Source: an uncultured Gammaproteobacteria bacterium
Lineage (GTDB): Bacteria; Patescibacteriota; Patescibacteriia; JAHIZJ01
Length of the DNA stretch: 64,000 bases
Assembly (NCBI GenBank): GCA_964371245.1
Contig: CAYJKP010000002.1
Span: 257,469 to 321,468, forward strand
Direction of reading: 5' to 3'
Below the pieces are notes generated by a model. That model was not told the origin of the DNA. It ran no database searches and was given only the letters and a program-made list of their open reading frames with translations. How positions within the stretch are numbered: the stretch's first letter is position 1; every line of letters begins with the position of its first letter. Positions 1 to 8,666 of this stretch are shown piece by piece. Both the position numbers and the translations under genes were made by a program.

Positions 1-345
1 ATGACGCCAGGCTGCACCACCGAAGCTTGTACGTTCCGGGACAACTTTGACGTGCTCCAAAAAGTAAACGCAATTGTTTTGGGCGTGAGCACAGATTCCG
101 TATCGAGCCATCGGCGTTTTGCCGACAAACACGCTTTGCCGTTTCCGCTCTTGGCGGACGTTGAAAAAACAGTCGTAAACTTGTATAATGTCTGGGGAGC
201 GAAGAAATTCCTCGGCCGCGAGTTTTTCGGAACAAAACGCGTTTCCTTCCTGATCCGACCCGATGGTCACATCGCGACGATATATGAACAGGTCAAACCC
301 CAATCCCACCCGGATGATGTCCTTCATGATATAGCCACCTTATAA
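1..345 (+). CDS. bcp: Peroxiredoxin BCP/PrxQ, 5'-truncated by window edge
   Basis: TPGCTTEAC active-site motif, GVSTDS and RVSFLI motifs. Confidence 0.9.
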   Translation: MTPGCTTEACTFRDNFDVLQKVNAIVLGVSTDSVSSHRRFADKHALPFPLLADVEKTVVNLYNVWGAKKFLGREFFGTKRVSFLIRPDGHIATIYEQVKPQSHPDDVLHDIATL

Positions 346-372
346 TCATTTTTTTATCACCTAGGAAAAACC

Positions 373-2409
373 ATGATCACTCAATCGCATCTCGACCGTG
401 GCGTTGCCTTATTAGCCAGCATCGCTGTCGTTTTAGGCGGTGTTGTTTTGTTTATTGGTCTGATTCAAACGACTCCGACTAATACCGACGCTACCCTTTC
501 CGTTCCGCCAAAACTTGCTTTTGGCAATATGACCGCGTTTACGTCGGCCGATGAATTTACGGCGTATCTCGAAACGGCCAAGCAGTACACAAATTACTTT
601 TCGGGGTCGTCACGAGCTATTAGTGAAGCCCTGCCATCAAGCACAGACGCGGGTTTGCCAACCAAAGAGGGCTCAGCCGCAGGCATCAGCCGTGTCTCTG
701 AAACAAACGTTCAAGTTCAGGGTATCGACGAGCCTGATGTTGTCAAAACCGACGGCACAAACATCTTCTTTTCGTCCGATTTACTCTATTACGGCGTCGA
801 TGACGTCATCCCGCTTTTGGAAAAAAGTGTGACAAGTGAGACGGTCGCCCCTGACGCGACAGAACCGTCGACCGGTACCGGGAGCAGTTCCGTCTCACCG
901 CCAATCACGCCGCAAAATAAAACACGGGTATTAAAGGCCTTTCCGCCTGAGCAGATCGCACAACTGGCCTCACTAACAGATAATGGCGAACTTTTACTCG
1001 ATGGCAAGACGTTGCTCGTTTTGGCCTACAATAAAATATCAGGCTACGACGTGACCAGCCCGGCCAGTCCGAAATTGCTTTGGTCGATGACCTTAAAAGA
1101 ACAATATATCACCGCCCGCCTCTGGCAAAACAAGCTATATCTTGTAACCGCGGTCACGCCCGACTATGGGACACCGTGTCCGCTCAAACCAGCCAGCCTC
1201 GATGGCGCCGAGATCAGCATCCCGTGTACGCGCATTTACCACCCAACCGTCGATATGCCGGTGTCCTCGACCTACACCGCGATGGTTATTAATCCCCTAA
1301 CCGGAAAGTCGGAACGGGACATTTCCTTCGTCGGTTCGACCGATAGCACGGTGGTCTACATGTCACCGAACGCGCTGTATGTCACCTACGCCATTACTCA
1401 GAACTACTACAAGCTTCTCTTTGATTTTATCGTCACCGGGACGGAAGGACTCATTCCGGCCGACGTCACCGCGCGGATGAAAAAAATTCAAACCTATGAC
1501 ATCAGCGATGAGTCAAAAATGACCGAGCTGGGAACAATCATGGAAGCCTATATGCAAAAACTCAGCGACGAGACACAAACCAAGTTTTCAGATGACATGA
1601 GTAAGAAGATGGACGAGTATTTTTCGAAGATCAAGCGCGACCTGACCCATACCGGCATCGTAAAAATTGGTCTTGACACGTTTACAATTTCGAAAACCGG
1701 CGAGATACCCGGTCAACTGTTAAATCAGTTCTCGATTGATGAATACCAAGACAATCTCCGGCTCGCAACCACAATTACGAATATCATGGGCACGAGCAGC
1801 CAGAGCGCTAACGATATCTATATCCTCGACAGCAATCTGAACAAGGTCGGCCAGATTCAAGACCTGGGCGTCACCGAAACGGTCCAGTCAGCCCGCTTTG
1901 TCGGCAACCGTGGCTATCTCGTCACCTTCCGCCAAACCGACCCGTTCTTCGTGCTCGATCTCTCAAATCCGGCCGCCCCAAAAATGACCGGCGAATTGAA
2001 GCTGCCCGGTTTTTCCTCGTATCTCCATCCATTGACCGATACGCTGGTGCTCGGCGTCGGCCAAGACAATTGGAAAACAAAGCTCACCTTGTTCGATGTC
2101 ACGAACGCCGCCCAACCGGTCGAATTGGCCACCGCGCCGCTCACGGACGACTGGTCTGAGGCGCAAACCAATCACCACGCCTTTCTCCAAGACGCGAAAC
2201 ACAAGGTGTTTTTCTTGCCCGGCGGCCAGGGCGGGTACATCTTCTCGTACGACAATAATACCCTGACGCAAACGAAGGCGGTTCCAGACTTCGCGATGAA
2301 ACGCGCCCTCTATATCAACGACTATCTCTACCTCATCAGTCAAACGAAGGTCCAGGTGCTCGACGAGACAAAGTGGGAAAAGGTGAAAGAATTCGACCTA
2401 CCTGTATAA
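373..2409 (+). CDS. Membrane-anchored secreted beta-propeller domain protein
   Basis: N-terminal TM helix; SETNVQVQGIDEPDVVKTDG, LNQFSIDEY, VTFRQTDPFFVLDL and GELKLPGFSSYLHP motifs of the Beta_propel family. Confidence 0.85.
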   Translation: MITQSHLDRGVALLASIAVVLGGVVLFIGLIQTTPTNTDATLSVPPKLAFGNMTAFTSADEFTAYLETAKQYTNYFSGSSRAISEALPSSTDAGLPTKEGSAAGISRVSETNVQVQGIDEPDVVKTDGTNIFFSSDLLYYGVDDVIPLLEKSVTSETVAPDATEPSTGTGSSSVSPPITPQNKTRVLKAFPPEQIAQLASLTDNGELLLDGKTLLVLAYNKISGYDVTSPASPKLLWSMTLKEQYITARLWQNKLYLVTAVTPDYGTPCPLKPASLDGAEISIPCTRIYHPTVDMPVSSTYTAMVINPLTGKSERDISFVGSTDSTVVYMSPNALYVTYAITQNYYKLLFDFIVTGTEGLIPADVTARMKKIQTYDISDESKMTELGTIMEAYMQKLSDETQTKFSDDMSKKMDEYFSKIKRDLTHTGIVKIGLDTFTISKTGEIPGQLLNQFSIDEYQDNLRLATTITNIMGTSSQSANDIYILDSNLNKVGQIQDLGVTETVQSARFVGNRGYLVTFRQTDPFFVLDLSNPAAPKMTGELKLPGFSSYLHPLTDTLVLGVGQDNWKTKLTLFDVTNAAQPVELATAPLTDDWSEAQTNHHAFLQDAKHKVFFLPGGQGGYIFSYDNNTLTQTKAVPDFAMKRALYINDYLYLISQTKVQVLDETKWEKVKEFDLPV

Positions 2410-2427
2410 AAGTATCTCATATTATAT

Positions 2428-2460
2428 GAAAAACCGGCGATTTCGCCGGTTTTTTCTTTT
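2428..2460 (+). terminator. Intrinsic terminator
   Basis: AAAAACCGGCGA-TT-TCGCCGGTTTTT hairpin with T tract. Confidence 0.7.
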
Positions 2461-2630
2461 CCCGAACCCTTGACAAGGTCGTCGTTTTTGATATCGTCAG
2501 GCTGACCCTTAAAGCACCTGCCTTAAGAGTCATTGTTTTTGCTCATTTCTTGCGCCGATGACGGCGCCACATACACGGACGGATCACGCAAACCGACCAC
2601 GGATGGATTTCTGGCTACCAAGGGGGTACG

Positions 2631-3659
2631 ATGCCACAGACAATGCGCGAGGAAGTCCTGACCATGAACGAACGGATGTCGGCGCTGTTTATTCAGACGA
2701 CGCCGCAACGACGAGAGTACCGGCGGATGCATCCGACCGAGTGGCTCGTGACCAAATGCATGGACGGACGGATCAACTTGCGTCGCTGTAGCCATATTCC
2801 ATTTGGCTTGACGACAGTGATGCGAAACATCGGGGGTAGATTTAGGGCGGGTTGGCCGAAATTCCGCGACAGCGTATTGGAGTGGTACGAATATACTCAC
2901 AGCCAACACGTTGACGCCGGGATGTACGCTACACGCCACCTCTCCCCGTCCGAACGGGATTTGGGCTGCGCCGGCTTTGACCATGATGAACAGCAGGCAC
3001 TTGAATACCTTCTTCACTTTCTGACTGAAATACGGCGCGCGTTTCCCGGGATGATCTGGCCATTCCTGCTCAGCATCGATACCGACAGTGACGCTCTCAT
3101 CCTGCACCTTGAGGATGGCAGCGTCATTGACATGAGAGAGATCACTGATCCAACGCCCCAGTATTTCGAGCACGTGCTGTCACGGGGGTGCCGGAGCTAT
3201 CCCGAACAGGTCTTGCGAGACGTGGTGCCGTTTCTGATCGGCAATCACGAACACCTACTTGAACTTCGATCGGGCAGCGCCCATACTGATTTGGTTCGCC
3301 GCCACAATGAGCGCGGGATCGCTCTCGGCCAGGGTTTCGATTGGATCGACCGGGACAATTTCATGCTCATCCTCGGACCCTGCGACCCCGCCTTGGACAA
3401 TGCCATTGTCCGCGCCGCGTCCATCGTCGAACAGAATCTCAACGATGAAGAGCGCGGTAAGGGTGGCGTCCTGCTCGTCTCCACGCCCTATCGCAGTCGC
3501 CGGCCTTGGCAGAGAGCCAGCGCGGTGGAACAGTCCCGCTACCTAGCACACTTCGCGCTCGACCATATTCGCAGGGCTTTGCCAGGCATGACTGACTACT
3601 TTGTTCCGCTTGTCGGCGTGCTCGACCTGGATACGCGCCACTTCGAGGAAATCAAGTAG
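2631..3659 (+). CDS. CsoSCA-like beta-class carbonic anhydrase homolog
   Basis: KCMDGR (CxDxR), RNIGG.F..GWP and H-x9-C (HLS...GCAGF) metal-ligand pattern. Confidence 0.65.
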   Translation: MPQTMREEVLTMNERMSALFIQTTPQRREYRRMHPTEWLVTKCMDGRINLRRCSHIPFGLTTVMRNIGGRFRAGWPKFRDSVLEWYEYTHSQHVDAGMYATRHLSPSERDLGCAGFDHDEQQALEYLLHFLTEIRRAFPGMIWPFLLSIDTDSDALILHLEDGSVIDMREITDPTPQYFEHVLSRGCRSYPEQVLRDVVPFLIGNHEHLLELRSGSAHTDLVRRHNERGIALGQGFDWIDRDNFMLILGPCDPALDNAIVRAASIVEQNLNDEERGKGGVLLVSTPYRSRRPWQRASAVEQSRYLAHFALDHIRRALPGMTDYFVPLVGVLDLDTRHFEEIK

Positions 3660-3800
3660 CCGGCATCATCTCGATCAACCGATCCTTCGTTACCAACTAT
3701 GGCGTACGCCCTTAACCAGCGTACGCTTTTATTTTATTCAGGGGATTGACGATTTCCCGCTATTGGATACAATGACGGGGTCATCATTTTTTTTCATCAC

Positions 3801-4538
3801 ATGAACACGGAAAAACTCCACCGTCATTGGTCGGAACAATCGAAACGGATTGATGCGATTATGCAGTCCGACGGCTTTGCACCGTACATCAACAAACAGC
3901 CCAATCAGGATGAGATCTGGCGTTTGCCGAACACCGTGCTTGGCTGCATCGACGAGGGATGCAAAAATACCAGCTTTCATCTAGCTGGCTCGGGGATATT
4001 ACTCGGCTTGGATAAAACCGCCGAACTGTTGGTTAATTCTGGCGCCACGGAAATAACCAGCCACGACGGCTGCGGCGCGGCCGGCTTATATGCCCAACGC
4101 GAAAATCTCGCCACTGACAACGCCGACAACTATGGGATCGTGTTTGCCCAGAAGCTGGCCGAAAAAACCGGCCTGTCCTATCGTCACATTACCGCCCAGG
4201 AGATGTCGCGGCCGCCGGAATTCCACATCGCCCGGCTCGCGGTTTATGATGGTTCGGGTAACTTTAACCCGGCGGCGATCCCGGGATTTCCCGCCTGTTT
4301 TTGGATCAGCCGGTATCTGAACCCAGAGGCAAAAGAAGAAGCCGCAATTAGCGCCCAGATTGCGCTCGGTGGCCATGGTTACGGAAACTTGCTTACGCCC
4401 GAAGAACCCTTTTATTTTATTATCATTGGCCACCCAAGTAATCCGGCACTATCAGAACGCACCCTACTCAATGAATTGTCGTCGATATTTGAACAGCCGG
4501 GCCGTATTTCGTTGGTTAGCCTGACACCGCAAAAATAA
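3801..4538 (+). CDS. Putative beta-carbonic-anhydrase-fold metalloprotein
   Basis: GCIDEG and SHDGCGA (CxD plus HxxC) ligand set; TTGACG...TACAAT promoter-like sequence upstream. Confidence 0.5.
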   Translation: MNTEKLHRHWSEQSKRIDAIMQSDGFAPYINKQPNQDEIWRLPNTVLGCIDEGCKNTSFHLAGSGILLGLDKTAELLVNSGATEITSHDGCGAAGLYAQRENLATDNADNYGIVFAQKLAEKTGLSYRHITAQEMSRPPEFHIARLAVYDGSGNFNPAAIPGFPACFWISRYLNPEAKEEAAISAQIALGGHGYGNLLTPEEPFYFIIIGHPSNPALSERTLLNELSSIFEQPGRISLVSLTPQK

Positions 4539-4551
4539 CATTCCTCTATAT

Positions 4552-4581
4552 AAAAAACGGCTGCAAGTGAGCCGTTTTTTT
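4552..4581. terminator. Bidirectional terminator
   Basis: AAAAAACGGCT...AGCCGTTTTTT between convergent genes. Confidence 0.7.
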
Positions 4582-4588
4582 GTTCTCG

Positions 4589-5509
4589 TTATGGCTGTAG
4601 CGTTGTATCGACGTTCCCATTAACGGAAATAACGACATCCTGAACGGTGGAAAACTGTTTCAATGTTTGCGTGATCTGAGCCCGGATGGTCGTAACGCGA
4701 CATGATCCAGCGCTACCTTCATTTAGGGTTTCATTAAAGTCGGCCCGGGCAACGCCGTTCTGAATTGACAGACTATTGAGCTGAACCCCGTCTGGGATCA
4801 GGCTTGTGTAGCCGGTACTGGTTTCCTCGGCCGTCGGTCCCGCGAGCAAAGCGGTAATGGCCGCTTGAGCAATCGTTTCGGTTTTCGGTATGGTCCGGTC
4901 AAAGGGGTACACCGTGGCGCAGGAAGTTTCCGTGGTTACGGTTTTTGGTAGGTACACCTTGATTACACTCATATCCGCTGTCAGCAACCGAACGGGCAGA
5001 GAAACGAGATCGGTTTCAGAGCCATCCATGGCCGAGAGATCAAATACTTCCAAGGTGCCCTCATCCGACGCTGGCGTTTGATATTCAACCGACACAGAAA
5101 ACGGACTCAGCTGGCTCGGATCAGAACCGGTTGCCGTGATCGTCCCCTGGGCAAGAATGGCTTCCGTATCATCAATGAGACGATACTGGAACTGGTTTTC
5201 AAAGACGCGCGCCTGGCCTGAGATGGTGAAAGGCTTTGCCAAAACACTGTCAGCCAGCGGCTCATCGACAATGATATTGCCGCTCTCACTTGCCGTTGGC
5301 TGGTTGGTGTTGAGCGGCTGATTTGTGGCATTCGTGTTTTGATTCGTACCGCACGGCGTGGTCGGCATGGCCGAGGTCGGGTTTCCGTGTTTCACCCACT
5401 GGTTATTCTGACAGATCCAGGAATCTTCACCGACCGCCCGTAAAATAGCAACCACGACGAGCAGGATAAAAATAATGATTCCAAAAACGATCACTACTTT
5501 TTTTGTCAT
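4589..5509 (-). CDS. Membrane-anchored Gmad2 Ig-like plus GerMN domain protein
   Basis: N-terminal TM; ISGQARVFE, ALLAGPT and QITQTLKQFSTV motifs. Confidence 0.8.
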   Translation of the reverse strand: MTKKVVIVFGIIIFILLVVVAILRAVGEDSWICQNNQWVKHGNPTSAMPTTPCGTNQNTNATNQPLNTNQPTASESGNIIVDEPLADSVLAKPFTISGQARVFENQFQYRLIDDTEAILAQGTITATGSDPSQLSPFSVSVEYQTPASDEGTLEVFDLSAMDGSETDLVSLPVRLLTADMSVIKVYLPKTVTTETSCATVYPFDRTIPKTETIAQAAITALLAGPTAEETSTGYTSLIPDGVQLNSLSIQNGVARADFNETLNEGSAGSCRVTTIRAQITQTLKQFSTVQDVVISVNGNVDTTLQP

Positions 5510-5661
5510 ACATGGTTTGAGTAAATAATTACCACTTGTATCCTACCACAATCGGCAAATAAATAAAACAATCCGGCACGTATCGGATTATTATATTTTG
5601 TCATATCACCGAATTGTTTTCTTCCGCTGTCGTATCCTCGAATCGCTTTATTATGAAACGT

Positions 5662-5737
5662 TGGTGGACCCTACCGGGCTCGAACCGGTCACCTCCGCGA
5701 TGCAAACGCGGCGCTCTACCAAATGAGCTAAGGGCCC
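5662..5737 (-). tRNA. tRNA-Ala(TGC)
   Basis: Cloverleaf, anticodon arm CCGCG-TTTGCAT-CGCGG, G3:U70 pair, encoded CCA. Confidence 0.97.
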
Positions 5738-5744
5738 CCGTAAT

Positions 5745-5981
5745 TTACTTTCCGAACGCGCCCTGAATACCGCTCGTATCGCACCGGCCGAACATGACCA
5801 CCACCGAGAGGATGACGAGCACAATCCCAATCAGCTGAAAAAATGTCCGGGAGCCTCCAAAGGTCGCGATCACGCCTCGATTGGCGAAATCGATTTTACC
5901 AAATGTGTTGAGAAACCAATTCGGTTTCAAGGCCATGGTAAACCCAACGGCCAGCATGATCAGTCCTATAAGATAGCGCAT
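5745..5981 (-). CDS. Small 2-TM membrane protein
   Basis: Two hydrophobic helices; fills the gap between two tRNAs. Confidence 0.65.
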   Translation of the reverse strand: MRYLIGLIMLAVGFTMALKPNWFLNTFGKIDFANRGVIATFGGSRTFFQLIGIVLVILSVVVMFGRCDTSGIQGAFGK

Positions 5982-6001
5982 CGTGTAAAGTTTATTTTTC
6001 C

Positions 6002-6076
6002 TGGTGGACGATGAGGGATTCGAACCCCCGACCCTTCGGATGTAAACCGAATGCTCTACCGCTGAGCTAATCGTCC
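6002..6076 (-). tRNA. tRNA-Val(TAC)
   Basis: Cloverleaf, anticodon arm TTCGG-TTTACAT-CCGAA, encoded CCA. Confidence 0.97.
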
Positions 6077-6210
6077 GTAAGTCGGAAGATTCGCCTGCCT
6101 ACATGGTATATACAACCATGATTCTCCGTTTCTGACAAGAGGATAGATTCGATGTTTTCCCATATTTTTGTTATAATTCTGAGAGACATAAACAATAATA
6201 CTACGATTCG

Positions 6211-6579
6211 ATGGCTTGTTTACTCGCTCCGACAACAGCGGCAATAATCGTTATGGCAGCCAAGAAAAAGATACCGGCGCGCTATCACATCAACTGGCTT
6301 CTCGCCCTACTCTGGGGCGGGGCGGCCTGGCTCATACCCGAGCATATTTATCACGGTGAGATTGTACTCTACCCGCCCTTCTTTACCGCCGGCTTGTCAA
6401 ATGTCCTCCACGAGGTTATGAGAGTCGGTGTTCCCATGACTTTTGCGGCGGTCACTATATGGCTGGCCATGATCGCGCTCCCAGCAGTATTTAAACGAAA
6501 AACGCTGCAGCCGCGCTTTGCCTATCTGATCGTTATCGGCGCAATAATCATGGTTGCGGTTGACCGTATATTTGCCTGA
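6211..6579 (+). CDS. Hypothetical membrane protein
   Basis: Multiple TM helices, PEHIYHGEI motif; TATAAT upstream and terminator downstream. Confidence 0.7.
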   Translation: MACLLAPTTAAIIVMAAKKKIPARYHINWLLALLWGGAAWLIPEHIYHGEIVLYPPFFTAGLSNVLHEVMRVGVPMTFAAVTIWLAMIALPAVFKRKTLQPRFAYLIVIGAIIMVAVDRIFA

Positions 6580-6600
6580 TGCTTTTCTGAAACAATGGCA

Positions 6601-6666
6601 GAAAAGACCCTATAGGGGTCTTTTTCAGTAAATAAAAAGTACCGCTAAGCATTGCGGTATTTTTTC
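6601..6666. terminator. Two adjacent terminator hairpins
   Basis: GAAAAGACCC/GGGTCTTTTT and AAAAAGTACCGC/GCGGTATTTTT. Confidence 0.6.
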
Positions 6667-6782
6667 ATCTAAAACTGGGGGGCCATCCGCCTCTGGCGAG
6701 ATGGGGAAAGGGGCATGCGCCCCAAGGGTGGAGCAGGAGCGACTTGATCGCTCATGCGCAACCCGCAGGGCGCTTTGACCCG

Positions 6783-6839
6783 TGGTGCGCAACGTGGAAC
6801 GAAGTCAGAACTTGGATCCGCGATACGACCGAGTACTTT
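6783..6839 (+). repeat. att junction copy 1 (57 bp direct repeat with 8483-8539)
   Basis: TGGTGCGCAACGTGGAACGAAGTCAGAACTTGGATCCGCGATACGACCGAGTACTTT; 4 mismatches to copy 2. Confidence 0.9.
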
Positions 6840-7023
6840 CACATACCTGACTTATCGCCGCCACCGACTACAGCGATTAAACCATATGCTATTCCCTTGC
6901 GGTAGAGCGGGTAAAGTTTCGTTACCGCAACCACTTGTGCATGCCACCTTAACCTAAAGCGTTGGTGTCCTTGTTATTACACAATAAAAGGACCCACCGG
7001 GATGGCAGGTCAGGAACGAGCGA

Positions 7024-7449
7024 CTAGACGTCGTGAACGATGTGGAGGATGTTGGGCACTTGTGTCGGGGGTTCGCCGATCTGAGCGGCAAACGCGGCGA
7101 TGAAGTGCGGCGGGCACTGTACCGTCTTCCAGTGGCAGACGAAAGCTGGACGATCTCTCAAGTCGAGGGATAGTCGTTGAAACGCGAACTTCCCGTTTGG
7201 AACACCTGCCCCATAGCTGATGCTAGTCTGTAGGTCATAGAAGCGGCGATAGTTCCGCAGGTTGAGGCCTTCAGCTTCTGCGATAGCCGCGATGATATAT
7301 TCGGCGCCGCAAATGGTGTTAGGCCCTGCTGTCGAGTGCGGAGCAATTCCGCTAAACACGCAGCATCTACCCGGAAACATGGCGTAGACAAACCTGCCCG
7401 GACCACCCTCGTAGAACGTCAGTTCTTTGAGAACCACAGGGTCTGGCAT
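7024..7449 (-). CDS. Hypothetical protein, paralog of 7481-7897
   Basis: Shared VVLKE, VFSGI.P, IAEAEG, FYDLQTS..YG and FA.QIG.PP.QV motifs; SD GGAGG. Confidence 0.8.
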   Translation of the reverse strand: MPDPVVLKELTFYEGGPGRFVYAMFPGRCCVFSGIAPHSTAGPNTICGAEYIIAAIAEAEGLNLRNYRRFYDLQTSISYGAGVPNGKFAFQRLSLDLRDRPAFVCHWKTVQCPPHFIAAFAAQIGEPPTQVPNILHIVHDV

Positions 7450-7480
7450 ATCCCTCCTTTCTTAGGGGGTATGCGTTGAT

Positions 7481-7897
7481 CTACAGATCGAACGCGTCCC
7501 TGACCTGCCGGGGTGGATGGCCGATCTGTTCGGCAAACACCCGGATAACGTCCTCTGAGCACGTCTCCCCGATCCAGCCGGAAACGAAGTACGGACGGAC
7601 GCCCCATTCGATGTTGAGCTGCGAAAAGGCGAGTTTTCCAGTAGGTGCTTTCGCCCGTCCGTAGCCCAGGCTGGTCTGGAGATCGTAGAAGAGGAATTGA
7701 CTCGGATCAATCCCTTCGGCTTCAGCGATTACCCGGACAATCCCTCCGGCGGCATTCACCGTTGAGGTGCGATTGTGAGGCGGCGTAATACCGCTGAAGA
7801 CGATCCGATTACCCGGAAGTCTGGCATAGACGACCCGCGACGTGCCCTGATTGAAGTTGCGATACTCAGCCTCTTTCAGTACAACCGTATCCGGCAT
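7481..7897 (-). CDS. Hypothetical protein, paralog of 7024-7449
   Basis: Start MPDTVVLKE after AAGGAGG; same motifs as its neighbour. Confidence 0.8.
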   Translation of the reverse strand: MPDTVVLKEAEYRNFNQGTSRVVYARLPGNRIVFSGITPPHNRTSTVNAAGGIVRVIAEAEGIDPSQFLFYDLQTSLGYGRAKAPTGKLAFSQLNIEWGVRPYFVSGWIGETCSEDVIRVFAEQIGHPPRQVRDAFDL

Positions 7898-7933
7898 ATC
7901 TCCCTCCTTTCCGATGATACAGAAGTACAAGCC

Positions 7934-7962
7934 ACAATAGGCGCAAATGTATAACTTGTCAA
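7934..7962 (-). promoter_or_regulatory. Sigma70-type promoter for the paralog pair
   Basis: TTGACA-17-TATTGT. Confidence 0.6.
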
Positions 7963-8045
7963 GGTGGACACGTACAACACGCCTCACGACACGGAGATGT
8001 GTAACTTATGTTTGATACTATTCATGCCATTCTTGCCATGCAGGA

Positions 8046-8294
8046 TCATCGCATGGTAACAAGATTCGTGTATAAGGTTTTCGAGTGAGCGTTGAGGGTC
8101 TTGCGTAAGGACAATAGGCGTGCCATCGACGGTAGACGGTGGCCACATTCCCAAGCAGAGATGGTGCTGCGATTAGAACCCAAGACACCAGCGAGTGTTC
8201 GCTGGGTCCAGCCAAGACGAAGACGGTAGCTGCGGATAGTGTTGGGATAGCGCGCTTTCGTCTTCGTAAAGCGATGAGTGAATTGTGGACCCAT
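8046..8294 (-). CDS. XRE-family HTH regulator
   Basis: YPNTIRSYRLRLGWTQRTLA...ISAWECGHRLP HTH_3 pattern. Confidence 0.75.
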   Translation of the reverse strand: MGPQFTHRFTKTKARYPNTIRSYRLRLGWTQRTLAGVLGSNRSTISAWECGHRLPSMARLLSLRKTLNAHSKTLYTNLVTMR

Positions 8295-8482
8295 GTATGT
8301 CCTAAAATATATTAGGCGACTACAATCGTTCAAGTCCCGCTTGCTCTGTGGACAATTGGTTCAGGACGTTCCCGATGCGGTACGTCTCCCATCCTGAGTT
8401 TAGACACACAAAAACCGCTCACCTAAGCGGTTCCCTTGTCTTTATCCCCATGGATGTGTTGCCTCTGTAACGTCTCCCATCA

Positions 8483-8539
8483 TGGTGCGCAAAGTGGGAC
8501 GAAGTCAGAACTTGGATCCGTGATACGACGGAGTACTTT
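8483..8539 (+). repeat. att junction copy 2 (left end of main island)
   Basis: TGGTGCGCAAAGTGGGACGAAGTCAGAACTTGGATCCGTGATACGACGGAGTACTTT. Confidence 0.9.
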
Positions 8540-8666
8540 GCGATTCCGAACCTGGAAGAAACGAGCAATTGCCCACCGGCAAAGTCATTATCTCCCATCG
8601 ACCCATAATCTGGTAAGTAGGGGTGAGGTCGCGACTCTGGCACGTCCTGTGGGGGATGTGAGGCAT

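Larger units (their letters stand above)
6783..8488. mobile_element. 1.7 kb recombinase-less mini-element or remnant, tandem to the main island
   Basis: Begins with the same TGGTGC plus attP-arm sequence as the main island and encodes an XRE homologous to 29859-30137. Confidence 0.7.
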
